Shown: positions 30,070-39,582 of the stretch, one piece after another | Numbering within the stretch: the first letter of the stretch is position 1 | How the letters are laid out: each line of letters starts with the position of its first letter | NCBI GenBank assembly: GCA_045047115.1 | Contig: JASFYR010000022.1 | Location: forward strand, 39,405 to 103,404 | Length of the DNA stretch: 64,000 nucleotides | Direction: 5' to 3' | From: Sulfurospirillum sp. | Lineage (GTDB): Bacteria > Campylobacterota > Campylobacteria > Campylobacterales > Sulfurospirillaceae | The notes under the pieces: generated by a model | The model's input: only the letters and a program-made list of their open reading frames with translations | Database searches by the model: none | What the model was told of the DNA's origin: nothing | Translations under genes and position numbers: made by a program

Positions 30070-30173
30070 ACGATTATGATAACATTACATTTATGATACA
30101 CTACTTAAAGAGAATATCGCAACAAGTCTATTTGTTTAACAGAGTAGTAAATAGTAAAATTATGGAGTAAAGA

Positions 30174-30953
30174 GTGAAACTATTTGTGTTAAGTATTAAA
30201 GATTTTTTTACAGTAAAAATGTTGAAGTATGCGATTATGCCGTTTGTGGTAACATTGGTGATTATGTATATACTCTTTTTTGTAGCTGCCGGATCAGGAC
30301 TCGATAGTATGCACTCAAGTTTGAATATAAATACTACACAAATTACAATGGAAAATGGCATCCCCCATACACAAAATTTTTCTGCACATGTGGAGAACTC
30401 TTCGATTATAAAATTTTTAATGCAGTACTCTGTGACTTCCTGGTTGGCAGCATTTTTAGTTTATGCTATAGGCGGTTTTTTTATACTTTATACTTCCATC
30501 TTTATGGCGATTATCATTGTTGGTTTTATGACACCTTTTATTTTAAAAGAGTTGCATACAAGACACTACAATGATATAGATATGATAGGCCATTCAAATA
30601 TATTTGAAGCTGTTTTTTTGGTTGCAAAGTGGGCATTTGTGATGTTTTTATTGTTTTTTCTTTTGATACCGTTGTATTTTATACCTCTTTTGAATATAGT
30701 AGCTTTCAATCTCCCTTTGTACTACTTTTTCCATAAAATATTGATATATGATGTAAGCTCAAATATCACTACAAAAGAGGAAAACAGTAAAATAAAATAC
30801 TTTAAAAGAGGCTCATTGAGAGCCAAAACTCTGCTTTTGTATCTCATATCTCTAATCCCGTTTGCTATATTTTTTGGGGCTGTTTTTTATGTGATATATT
30901 TGGGAAATACATATTTTACAGAAGTAAAAAAATTAAGAGAGGAGTCAAGATGA
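30174..30953 (+). CDS. EI24/CysZ-like membrane protein
   Basis: Multiple TM helices with LYFIPLLN...YYFFHK..YDV pattern. Confidence 0.75.
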   Translation: MKLFVLSIKDFFTVKMLKYAIMPFVVTLVIMYILFFVAAGSGLDSMHSSLNINTTQITMENGIPHTQNFSAHVENSSIIKFLMQYSVTSWLAAFLVYAIGGFFILYTSIFMAIIIVGFMTPFILKELHTRHYNDIDMIGHSNIFEAVFLVAKWAFVMFLLFFLLIPLYFIPLLNIVAFNLPLYYFFHKILIYDVSSNITTKEENSKIKYFKRGSLRAKTLLLYLISLIPFAIFFGAVFYVIYLGNTYFTEVKKLREESR

Positions 30954-32224
30954 ATTCCGTTTTGGATTATTTTGAAAAATTAAGCGAGATTCCAAGATGT
31001 AGCTTTGATGCACAAAAATTAAAAGAGTATTTAACTCGGTTTGCAAATACTCACGGCTTTGAAGTCAAAGTAGACAGCGCAGGCAATGTGCTGTGCAAAA
31101 AAGGCAATCCAAATGTTTGCTTGCAGTCACACTATGACATGGTTTGTCTCGGGAGTGCTCCTGAGGTGGAGTTGGTAAAAGAGAAAAATATCCTAAGAGC
31201 AAAAAACTCAACTTTGGGAGCTGATAATGGCATGGGTGTGGCTATTATGCTCTATTGTATGCAAAAATATGATGATTTAGAGTGCTTGTTTACGGCTGAT
31301 GAAGAGGCGGGACTCATAGGAGCGGCTAATCTTGAGCTAGAGATAACATCGCCAAATATCTTAAATATAGATGGTGAAGATGAGAGTGAGATATATATAG
31401 GTTGTGCAGGTGGAAGTGATGTGGTTTGTGAAAAAAGTATAGAGTTTACTCCAATGGAAAAAGGTGAAAAAGTATACAGAGTAACAGTTGAGAATCTGCC
31501 GGGTGGTCATAGTGGTGTCGATATAGACAAAAACATACTATCAAGCATAAAAGTATTGGTTAGATTTTTAGCGAAATATGATTGTGAGCTTATGGAATTA
31601 AAGGCGGGTGAGAGAAGAAACTCGATAGCCAAAGGCGGGACGGCACTCTTTACATGTAGAGCTGATTTCAAGCAAGAGAGATACTTGAAGATAGAAGAGG
31701 CCATGGGCGGTGAACATAAAAAGATAGTCAATTCTAAGCAACTCATAAAGTGTTTGGATGCTTTTGCCCAAGGTGTCAGAGCATGGAATAAGGAGTTAAA
31801 TATCCCTGAAAACAGCGCAAATCTTGGTATAGTGGAAGTAGATAAAAATCTTTTTAGAGTTGTTATCTCTTTGAGAACCATGGATGATAAAGCTATGGAT
31901 GACTTGGAAGCCCAGACAAAATCATATTTTGATCTTTGCGGTTTTTCTGTCTCATTTCCATCAAGACACAGTGCATGGACTCCTTTTGTCGGAGATTTTT
32001 CACAAAAAGTCAAAGATATAGCATCAAAACATATTCCAAATGTAGAGTTCAAAGCTATACATGCAGGTTTGGAGTGCGGAGTATTGATAGCAAAACAGAA
32101 AGAATCCAAAGAGGCAGTTTCCATAGGACCAAATATTAGATTTCCTCATTCTACAAGAGAAGAGTGTGATTTGGATTCTGTAAAAAAGATAAAAAAGATA
32201 GTCGAAGATATTATATTGCTTTGA
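30950..32224 (+). CDS. pepD: M20 family aminoacyl-histidine dipeptidase
   Basis: LQSHYDMV, TLGADNGMG, DEEAGLIGA, GGHSG, IHAGLECG, SIGP...PHS. Confidence 0.9.
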   Translation: MNSVLDYFEKLSEIPRCSFDAQKLKEYLTRFANTHGFEVKVDSAGNVLCKKGNPNVCLQSHYDMVCLGSAPEVELVKEKNILRAKNSTLGADNGMGVAIMLYCMQKYDDLECLFTADEEAGLIGAANLELEITSPNILNIDGEDESEIYIGCAGGSDVVCEKSIEFTPMEKGEKVYRVTVENLPGGHSGVDIDKNILSSIKVLVRFLAKYDCELMELKAGERRNSIAKGGTALFTCRADFKQERYLKIEEAMGGEHKKIVNSKQLIKCLDAFAQGVRAWNKELNIPENSANLGIVEVDKNLFRVVISLRTMDDKAMDDLEAQTKSYFDLCGFSVSFPSRHSAWTPFVGDFSQKVKDIASKHIPNVEFKAIHAGLECGVLIAKQKESKEAVSIGPNIRFPHSTREECDLDSVKKIKKIVEDIILL

Positions 32225-32243
32225 ATTGCTAAATTTATTGATA

Positions 32244-32273
32244 TTCTTTGTCGGCTGCCTTGCCGACAAAGAA
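32244..32273. terminator. Hairpin between convergent pepD and cyc2-like gene
   Basis: TTCTTTGTCGGC / GCCGACAAAGAA 12-bp perfect stem, 6-nt loop; no canonical U-tract. Confidence 0.6.
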
Positions 32274-32281
32274 AAAATTAA

Positions 32282-33502
32282 TTAAAACATAAGCCATGCA
32301 TTGAGATATATATTGTTATTGTCTGAAGCATTTGTTGAAGTACCTCCAAACTTACTATATGTATTGTATTGCAAAGAGAGTCTTATTTTTTTGACAGGAA
32401 GATAGTCAAATTCATATGTAGCACCAGTTGCATTATTGGTGGTATCCGAATTTTTTGATGTCATATAATTAAATGTAGCACCATATTTATGGTTATAATA
32501 ATAACTTATCTTGGCATTAGTTGTATCAGATGTTTGAACAGTACCAGGATTGCTAGCATTGAGAGTTTGTGTCTCCCATATTTTACTTGCGGTTACAGTT
32601 ATTAGGTTATTGCCATTATTATATTGCCATTCGGCATCTAAAGCATGATCTTTATATTCATCAAGTGTGCTGCCGGCAGTTGGATCCGGATTAATTTTAG
32701 TTTTAAAGCCAAAACCACCAAACATTATGTAGTTAGCACCAAAATTATGTTGAATCGCAACTCTTATATATGGACTAACCTTATCAACTATAGGATCACT
32801 GGCAATCCATGACTTTGTGTTCCATGAGAAAAACTGCATAAAACCACTTCCTTTAGAACCTTTGTAAGCTCCAATTTCAGTATAAATTAAATCATTCCAC
32901 ATGCCATACACACCTATTCCACCCATTGGTGGAGCCATATCTGGATCAAATAGTGTTGACCCTATTGCAAGTCCTCCGGCATATGGATATCTCCAAGCAC
33001 CAGTATTATTCCACAAATCTTGAACTCCAAGATTATTATTTATAGTTACACCGTATACTAAATTTTTCCCGTTAACTTTTGTATGATTTGCATAACGAAT
33101 ATCTAAAAGGTCAATACCAAATGCTGAATCAGTTGAATCTGCACCGTCATAAGTAAACTGAGTAAATGCACCTATATTTTTATATATTTTTCCACCAAAG
33201 AAAATGCTTGCTTGTTCAAAAGTGATTGCTTTATCGCTAGTTTGAGAAACTTTTGTATTTGTTTCACCAAGTTGAACCATAGCAGATAACTTTGAAACCA
33301 AGCTATTTTTGCCACCTCCCATAACATAACCATTTAGTTTAAAATCACGACCAACTTGTGTTAGTTCTGGAAATGTTGTATGACAAACTGCACAATTAAA
33401 ACCAGTTTGACGAGCGAAACTAGGTATTGCATTTGCATTGTCAACTAGTGTTCCGACAAGCAATGCACCTGCAACAATATACTTTATTTTAATCTTTTTC
33501 AA
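32282..33502 (-). CDS. cyc2: Cyc2-like outer-membrane fused monoheme cytochrome c-porin
   Basis: Signal peptide ending ANA, then IPSFARQTGFNCAVCH..FPELT..GRDFKLNGY (Cyc2 N-terminal signature), beta-strand-rich body, C-terminal YLNAWLMF; TTG start with AAGGAG RBS. Confidence 0.88.
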   Translation of the reverse strand: MKKIKIKYIVAGALLVGTLVDNANAIPSFARQTGFNCAVCHTTFPELTQVGRDFKLNGYVMGGGKNSLVSKLSAMVQLGETNTKVSQTSDKAITFEQASIFFGGKIYKNIGAFTQFTYDGADSTDSAFGIDLLDIRYANHTKVNGKNLVYGVTINNNLGVQDLWNNTGAWRYPYAGGLAIGSTLFDPDMAPPMGGIGVYGMWNDLIYTEIGAYKGSKGSGFMQFFSWNTKSWIASDPIVDKVSPYIRVAIQHNFGANYIMFGGFGFKTKINPDPTAGSTLDEYKDHALDAEWQYNNGNNLITVTASKIWETQTLNASNPGTVQTSDTTNAKISYYYNHKYGATFNYMTSKNSDTTNNATGATYEFDYLPVKKIRLSLQYNTYSKFGGTSTNASDNNNIYLNAWLMF

Positions 33503-33927
33503 GATTTACTCCTTTTTGAATATTAAAGTACTTAAACTTTAATTGTAAGCTACTTGGTTTGGATGAAAATCTATCCCGTGTAGCGCCTAACTTTTATTTA
33601 ACTTTTATTTATAAAAGGATAATATTATTGTTATGAATATGTATTGATTTTTAAATTAATTTTAGTTAACTTAATTGAAAAATTAAATGATGCATTTCTC
33701 TATTTTTTACAATCTACTTTGACACGATACCAATTATTTATATTTTATATTATTTATTCAATTAATGTTTAAATCAACCAGTGCGGCTATTTCTATAGAA
33801 AATATGTTGCATTTTATATAAAAATTATTTATATATAAAAAATTAATTTTTTTTAATTATCGTTTTAAATGGATACTTCTTTATGATATACTTCGCATAT
33901 AAACAAAAGGATAGAAGTGGTTTTTTT

Positions 33928-34596
33928 ATGAATATTTTGATAGTCGAAGATGATAAACAGATAGCATCATATTTACAAAAAGGGCTAGAAGAAGAGTCAT
34001 TTGTGGTTGATATTGCCCATGATGGAACAGAAGGATTAGCCTCTATAAGAGAAAAAAATTTCGATGTTATAATTTTGGATTGGATGTTGCCAAAATTAAG
34101 TGGAATTGATATTTGTACGATAGTAAAAAAGAATGACATAAATACGCCAATTTTAATGCTTAGTGCAAAAAGTAGCATTCAAGACAAAGTAGATGGTTTA
34201 AATTGTGGGGCAGATGATTATCTCTCCAAGCCATTCTCTTTTGATGAGCTTGTCGCTAGAGTAAATGCCTTAATTAGGCGAAAAAAACTACAAAATGATT
34301 CTGTATTGAGAGTTGCCAATCTCTCTTTTGATATCTACAAGAGAGAAGTTTCAAGAGATGGAAAAATTATTGGTTTGACTACAAAAGAGTATGATTTTTT
34401 AGAGCTTCTTATGAAAAACAAAGGCCATGTTGTAAGTACCAAAAAGATAACATCAAACTTGTGGGGAGATGAAACGATATCTAGCAACATCATAAAGGTT
34501 CTTATACACCACTTAAGAAATAAATTAGATGAAGGCTACTCAAAAACACTCATAAAAACTGTCAGAAAAATAGGGTATAAAATAGATGATATTTAG
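33928..34596 (+). CDS. OmpR-family response regulator (CusR/CzcR-like)
   Basis: ILIVEDD, LDWMLP, GADDYLSKPF, winged helix ending IKTVRKIGY; ATG at 33928. Confidence 0.93.
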   Translation: MNILIVEDDKQIASYLQKGLEEESFVVDIAHDGTEGLASIREKNFDVIILDWMLPKLSGIDICTIVKKNDINTPILMLSAKSSIQDKVDGLNCGADDYLSKPFSFDELVARVNALIRRKKLQNDSVLRVANLSFDIYKREVSRDGKIIGLTTKEYDFLELLMKNKGHVVSTKKITSNLWGDETISSNIIKVLIHHLRNKLDEGYSKTLIKTVRKIGYKIDDI

Positions 34597-35953
34597 TGTC
34601 AAAAGCGTAAAATCCAAAATTTTTCTTTTATACGGCACTATATTGATATTGGTGGTGATTTTCTTTAATGTCATATTTTACTATTTTACGCAAGACTATT
34701 TTTATAAAAATACCATACAGGCACTCAAAAGTATATCTTTGGATGTTTTTGCTGATGATATACAGGGAAAAGATTTGACAAAAGGAATAGCATTAGCTAT
34801 ACATAAGTATGAGTTTAGTATAAGAAATGTCTATATTCAAGCACTGTATAAAGATAAAATTGTTTTAAAATCAAAAAATCTTAAAGATTATGAATTGCCA
34901 GGATATGCATTTAAAGGTGATAACAATATCGTGCATTTAAACTTAAATCATATTTCCAAATATGATTTGATAATGTATTCTACCACAGTTTCGGAAGATA
35001 GAGATTATACTATTCAGATAGCAACTACAATTCAGGATGAAAAGCAACACCTGAGAAAAATTATCAACATGTTTATGATAGGTGACCCTGTATTTATAAT
35101 AATTATGCTATTTGTTATCTATAAGATGCTTCAAGATATACTTAAACCCATGAATACCATGACAAAAGCAGCAAGAGAGATATCTATAACGGATTTGGAT
35201 AAGAGAATTGAGTATGTGGACAATGGCGATGAATTTGCCCAACTTGCAAAGACATTTAATAAAATGCTCTCTAGGCTCCAATCCTCTTTTAATCAAGTTA
35301 AAAGATTTAGCTCAGATGCATCACACCAGTTAAAAACTCCTCTTACAGCCATGCGGGTCCAGACAGATGTTGCCTTAAAAACAGATAGAAATACGGATGA
35401 CTATAAAGATGTTTTAAAATCAATAAATAACGAAATTATATATCTTCAAAATATGATTGACAATCTATTGCTGTTGACTCAAATGGATGATGAAATAGTG
35501 CAAAAAAACTTCACAAAGATTGAGTTGGATACAGTTTTGATAAATACCATAGAAGAGTTTGTTTTGATTGCAGACAAAAAGAGTATCAATTTGGATATAA
35601 AAGAGATAGAACACACTATGATAAAAGCGCAAAGCACTCTTATATCAATACTATGTTCAAATCTTATAGACAATGCAATTAAATATACTCCAAAAGGCAA
35701 GAAGGTTACTGTAGAACTCAAAGACAATAAAATCATCATACAAGACGAGGGAATTGGGATAGAAAAAAAAGATAAGGATGCGATATTTGATAGATTTTTT
35801 CGGGTCAATTCCGGTAGACTTGATATTGCCGGAGGCTATGGACTTGGATTATCGATGGTTAAAATTATCGCAAATCTTCATAATGCAGATATAAGCATAA
35901 AAAGTAAAATTGGATTTGGAACAAAGATAGAAGTAACTTTTCCATCCTTGTAG
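34586..35953 (+). CDS. HAMP sensor histidine kinase (CusS/heavy-metal-sensor-like)
   Basis: Two TM helices, HAMP (DEFAQLAKTFNKML), H-box SDASHQLKTPL, NAIKY, DEGIG, GYGLGL. Confidence 0.93.
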   Translation: MIFSVKSVKSKIFLLYGTILILVVIFFNVIFYYFTQDYFYKNTIQALKSISLDVFADDIQGKDLTKGIALAIHKYEFSIRNVYIQALYKDKIVLKSKNLKDYELPGYAFKGDNNIVHLNLNHISKYDLIMYSTTVSEDRDYTIQIATTIQDEKQHLRKIINMFMIGDPVFIIIMLFVIYKMLQDILKPMNTMTKAAREISITDLDKRIEYVDNGDEFAQLAKTFNKMLSRLQSSFNQVKRFSSDASHQLKTPLTAMRVQTDVALKTDRNTDDYKDVLKSINNEIIYLQNMIDNLLLLTQMDDEIVQKNFTKIELDTVLINTIEEFVLIADKKSINLDIKEIEHTMIKAQSTLISILCSNLIDNAIKYTPKGKKVTVELKDNKIIIQDEGIGIEKKDKDAIFDRFFRVNSGRLDIAGGYGLGLSMVKIIANLHNADISIKSKIGFGTKIEVTFPSL

Positions 35954-36598
35954 TTATCTTGCTTTAAAGCCATCTTTGCTTTTGCAAAATTTGCCTAAAA
36001 AACATTCATTGCATTTTGGATTTTTGGCAGTGCAGATATATCTACCAAAAAGAACCATTGCCTGGTGAAGTATATGTAGATTGTCTTTGAAAATCCTGGT
36101 TAATTCAACTTCAGTTTTTATGGCAGTTTGTGCTTTGCTGAGACCGAGTCTGTGTGCAACTCTAAATACATGTGTGTCAACGGCCATAAGATTTTTTCCT
36201 GTATATTCAATGAGCACAACATGGGCTGTTTTTTGACCGACTCCGGCAAGTGAAATTAGTCCTTTTTCGTCAAGTGGAATATCCCCGTCAAAATCCTCCA
36301 CCACTTTTTGAGCCATTTTTATCAGATTTTTTGCTTTATTGTTAAAAAAAGAACAAGATTTTATCAATTCTTTTATATCATCAAGTGAAGCAATACTTAG
36401 CTCTTTTACGCTTGGGTATTTTTCAAAAAGTGCAGGGGTGATAATGTTGACTCTCTTGTCTGTACATTGGGCCGAGAGCATAACCGATATGAGTAGTTCG
36501 TATAGATTTCTATATTTTAGTTCTGTGATGGCATCACTGTATCTTTCAAGAAAAATATTTTTTATCTCTAAAATCTCTTTTTTAGTTGATTGTTTCAT
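35954..36598 (-). CDS. nth: Endonuclease III
   Basis: LSAQCTDKRVN, LAGVGQKTA, VDTHVFRV, C-terminal CTAKNPKCNEC...C. Confidence 0.96.
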   Translation of the reverse strand: MKQSTKKEILEIKNIFLERYSDAITELKYRNLYELLISVMLSAQCTDKRVNIITPALFEKYPSVKELSIASLDDIKELIKSCSFFNNKAKNLIKMAQKVVEDFDGDIPLDEKGLISLAGVGQKTAHVVLIEYTGKNLMAVDTHVFRVAHRLGLSKAQTAIKTEVELTRIFKDNLHILHQAMVLFGRYICTAKNPKCNECFLGKFCKSKDGFKAR

Positions 36599-36740
36599 CT
36601 TCTTCCTTAAGTAAAAAGTTCCTAAAAAACCACTCTCACATCAGCAAGAGTCTGTTTGAATTGTATTCTACCTTAAGATTTATTAATTATTTAATCAAAT
36701 TAGGTATAATTCTAAAAATTTAAACAAAAAAAGGATTTGA

Positions 36741-37553
36741 ATGAAGAGAGTTATATTTGGTAGTTTATTGGCTATGGTATTTGGTGTTAGCCTTAATGCA
36801 ACAGTTTATGCAACTGTAAATGGTCATGACATTAAGGATCAAGATATAAAGGCATTGTTAAGAACTATGCCGGGAGCGAGATTTGAGCAACTTCCTCCTA
36901 CGACACAGAAAAAAGTTGTGCAACAGGCGATAGAGAGGTATCTTTTGTCTTTAAAAGCTATAAAATCAGGTATAGAAAATGATCCTGAGTTTAAAAAAGC
37001 GCTGGCTGGTATCAAGTCTGATTTAGCTTTAGAACTTTGGATGAAAAAAGAGTATGCAGGTGTAAAGGTTAATGAGAAATCAGTCAAAGCTTATTTTGAT
37101 AAAAATGCAGATAAATTTATAAAACCGGCCCGTGCCAAAGCGAGACATATTCTTCTAAAGACTGAAAAAGAGGCGAAAGCTGTGATTGCTCAACTAAAAG
37201 GTTTGAAAGGTGATGCTTTATCTAAAAAATTCATAGAATTAGCAAAAGCAAAATCAACAGGACCTAGTGGTAAAGATGGTGGAGAGTTAGGTTGGTTTGG
37301 TAAAAGACAGATGGTTAAGCCTTTTAGTGATGCAACATTTGCACTCAAAAAAGGAGAGATAACAAAAAATCCGGTAAAAACCCAATTTGGTTATCATGTT
37401 ATTTTACTTGAAAATAAAGAGGTTGGTAAAAAAGCAACTTTAGCAGAGGTTAAACCACAAATTGAAAATGCTTTAAAGATGGAAACATTCAGAAAAAAAG
37501 TAGCAGGTATTGCCAAAGGGCTTAAAAAAGGTGCAAAAATAACTATAAAATAA
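36741..37553 (+). CDS. Periplasmic parvulin-type PPIase chaperone (PEB4/Cbf2-like)
   Basis: Signal peptide; ARHIL, GGELGWF, MVKPFS, VKTQFGYHVI; located between nth and fba. Confidence 0.92.
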   Translation: MKRVIFGSLLAMVFGVSLNATVYATVNGHDIKDQDIKALLRTMPGARFEQLPPTTQKKVVQQAIERYLLSLKAIKSGIENDPEFKKALAGIKSDLALELWMKKEYAGVKVNEKSVKAYFDKNADKFIKPARAKARHILLKTEKEAKAVIAQLKGLKGDALSKKFIELAKAKSTGPSGKDGGELGWFGKRQMVKPFSDATFALKKGEITKNPVKTQFGYHVILLENKEVGKKATLAEVKPQIENALKMETFRKKVAGIAKGLKKGAKITIK

Positions 37554-37565
37554 AAAGGTCGTTTT

Positions 37566-38645
37566 ATGCAAAATGCAAAAATTTTTGATTTTGTTAAACC
37601 AGGGATTGTGTTTGGTGATGATTTACAAAAAATGTTGGAAGTGGCGAAGGCAAATGCTTTTGCCTTTCCTGCTGTAAATGTAGTTGGCACAGACTCTATA
37701 AATGCAGTGATGGAAGCTGCCAAAAATGTTAATTCGCCTATCATGGTTCAGTTTTCCAACGGTGGTGCAAATTTCTATGGTGGAAAAGGGATAGACTCCA
37801 AGACTTCAGCAGTTTTGGGTGCTATCAGTGGAGCTTTGCATGTGCATACTTTAGCAGCTGCCTATAATATTCCTGTAGTTCTTCATACTGATCATGCAGC
37901 AAGAAAGCTTTTACCCTGGATAGATGAGCTTTTGAATGCAGGAGAAGTCTATTACAAAGAACATGGCCGTCCACTTTTTAGCTCTCATATGATTGATCTT
38001 TCAGAGGAGAGTCTAAAAGAAAATGTCTCTACATGCAAAGAGTATCTAAAAAGAATGAGCAAGCTGGATATGACTCTTGAGATAGAGCTTGGATGTACCG
38101 GTGGCGAAGAAGATGGTGTGGATAACTCACATCTCGATAACTCTGCACTCTATACACAGCCAGAAGATGTTGCTTATGCCTATGAAGAGCTTAGTGAAGT
38201 AAGTGACAGATTTACGATAGCAGCTTCTTTTGGAAATGTTCACGGCGTTTACAAGCCTGGAAATGTACAGTTGACTCCAAAGATTTTGGATAATTCTCAA
38301 AAATACATAAAAGAAAAATTCAACTTAAGCCAAGACAAACCGGTAAATTTTGTGTTTCACGGTGGAAGTGGAAGTGAGTTGAAAGATATAAGAGAGGCCT
38401 TGTCCTATGGCGTTATCAAGATGAATATAGATACAGATACCCAGTGGGCATTTTGGAACGGAGTAAGGGGATATGCCAAAGAGTATGCTCCATACCTGCA
38501 ATCACAGATAGGAAATCCTGATGGTGAAGATGTTCCAAACAAAAAGTACTATGATCCCAGAAAGTGGCTAAGAGCAGGTGAAGAGAGTGTAATCAAAAGA
38601 CTCGAAACCGCCTTTAGCGACCTTAACTGCATAGATAGAAACTAG
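37566..38645 (+). CDS. fbaA: Class II fructose-bisphosphate aldolase
   Basis: LHTDH, SSHMIDLSEE, GGEEDGVD, FGNVHGVY, VFHGGSG, KMNIDTD, YYDPRKW. Confidence 0.97.
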   Translation: MQNAKIFDFVKPGIVFGDDLQKMLEVAKANAFAFPAVNVVGTDSINAVMEAAKNVNSPIMVQFSNGGANFYGGKGIDSKTSAVLGAISGALHVHTLAAAYNIPVVLHTDHAARKLLPWIDELLNAGEVYYKEHGRPLFSSHMIDLSEESLKENVSTCKEYLKRMSKLDMTLEIELGCTGGEEDGVDNSHLDNSALYTQPEDVAYAYEELSEVSDRFTIAASFGNVHGVYKPGNVQLTPKILDNSQKYIKEKFNLSQDKPVNFVFHGGSGSELKDIREALSYGVIKMNIDTDTQWAFWNGVRGYAKEYAPYLQSQIGNPDGEDVPNKKYYDPRKWLRAGEESVIKRLETAFSDLNCIDRN

Positions 38646-38656
38646 AAAGATATAGA

Positions 38657-38679
38657 CGGAGTCTCGTTTTGAGACTCTG
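38657..38679 (+). terminator. Hairpin downstream of fbaA
   Basis: CGGAGTCTC-GTTTT-GAGACTCTG stem 11 nt after the stop; no U-tract, so may be a stabiliser or pause. Confidence 0.45.
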
Positions 38680-38687
38680 CTACTGCA

Positions 38688-39563
38688 ATGAAGCTGACCC
38701 ACTCTGCATTTGAAAAACGAAATTTTAGAGGAAGAAGTTTTTTTATAAAAAGAGATGATTTGCTAGATGCTGATTTTACTGGCAATAAAGCACGCAAATT
38801 TGAGTACTTTCTCGCAAAAGATTTTCCCCATATAGATAAAATTGTAAGTTATGGTTCAAATCAATCCAATGCAATGTACTCACTATCGGTTTTGGCTGTT
38901 ATTAAGGGGTGGAATTTTATCTATTTTTGTGACCATATCCCTCTATTTTTAAAAAAAAATCCTGTTGGAAACTATAAATATGCCCTTCAAAATGGTATGG
39001 AGATTTTTACAACAACTGATAAATTCACAGATGCAAATGCACTTAAAAATAGTAAAACTTTGGTAGTAGAAGAAGGAGGGAGACAAAAGCAATCAGAGTA
39101 TGGTTTGAAAAAATTAGCCAATGAGTTAAAAGAGGATATATCAAAAAACAAGATAAAAAATCCATATATATTTTTACCCTCAGGCACTGGCATAACTGCA
39201 CTATATCTTCAAAAACATCTTCCATTTGATGTCTATACATGCAGTACGGTCGGAGATGATAAGTACCTAAAAGAGCAGTGGCATATGGTTGAAAAAGATA
39301 TAGAAAAACTGCCGAAGATTTTGAACTCACAAAAAAAGTACCACTATGGAAAACTTTATAAAGATGCTTATGAGATATGGAGCGAACTTAAAACTGATAT
39401 GAACATAGAGTTTGATCTCCTGTATGATCCGATAGGATGGATAAAATTTTTACAAAATTTACAAAATTTAGAAGGAACTCCTATCTATATCCATCAAGGT
39501 GGTATAAAAGGTAACGAGTCTATGAAAGCCAGATATGAGCGAAAATATGGTAAAATCCTATGA
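38688..39563 (+). CDS. ACC deaminase/D-cysteine desulfhydrase family PLP enzyme
   Basis: IKRDDL...GNKARK, GSNQSN, PSGTG, DLLYD, YIHQGG. Confidence 0.88.
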   Translation: MKLTHSAFEKRNFRGRSFFIKRDDLLDADFTGNKARKFEYFLAKDFPHIDKIVSYGSNQSNAMYSLSVLAVIKGWNFIYFCDHIPLFLKKNPVGNYKYALQNGMEIFTTTDKFTDANALKNSKTLVVEEGGRQKQSEYGLKKLANELKEDISKNKIKNPYIFLPSGTGITALYLQKHLPFDVYTCSTVGDDKYLKEQWHMVEKDIEKLPKILNSQKKYHYGKLYKDAYEIWSELKTDMNIEFDLLYDPIGWIKFLQNLQNLEGTPIYIHQGGIKGNESMKARYERKYGKIL

Positions 39564-39582
39564 TTTTGCAAAGGAAAAACAG

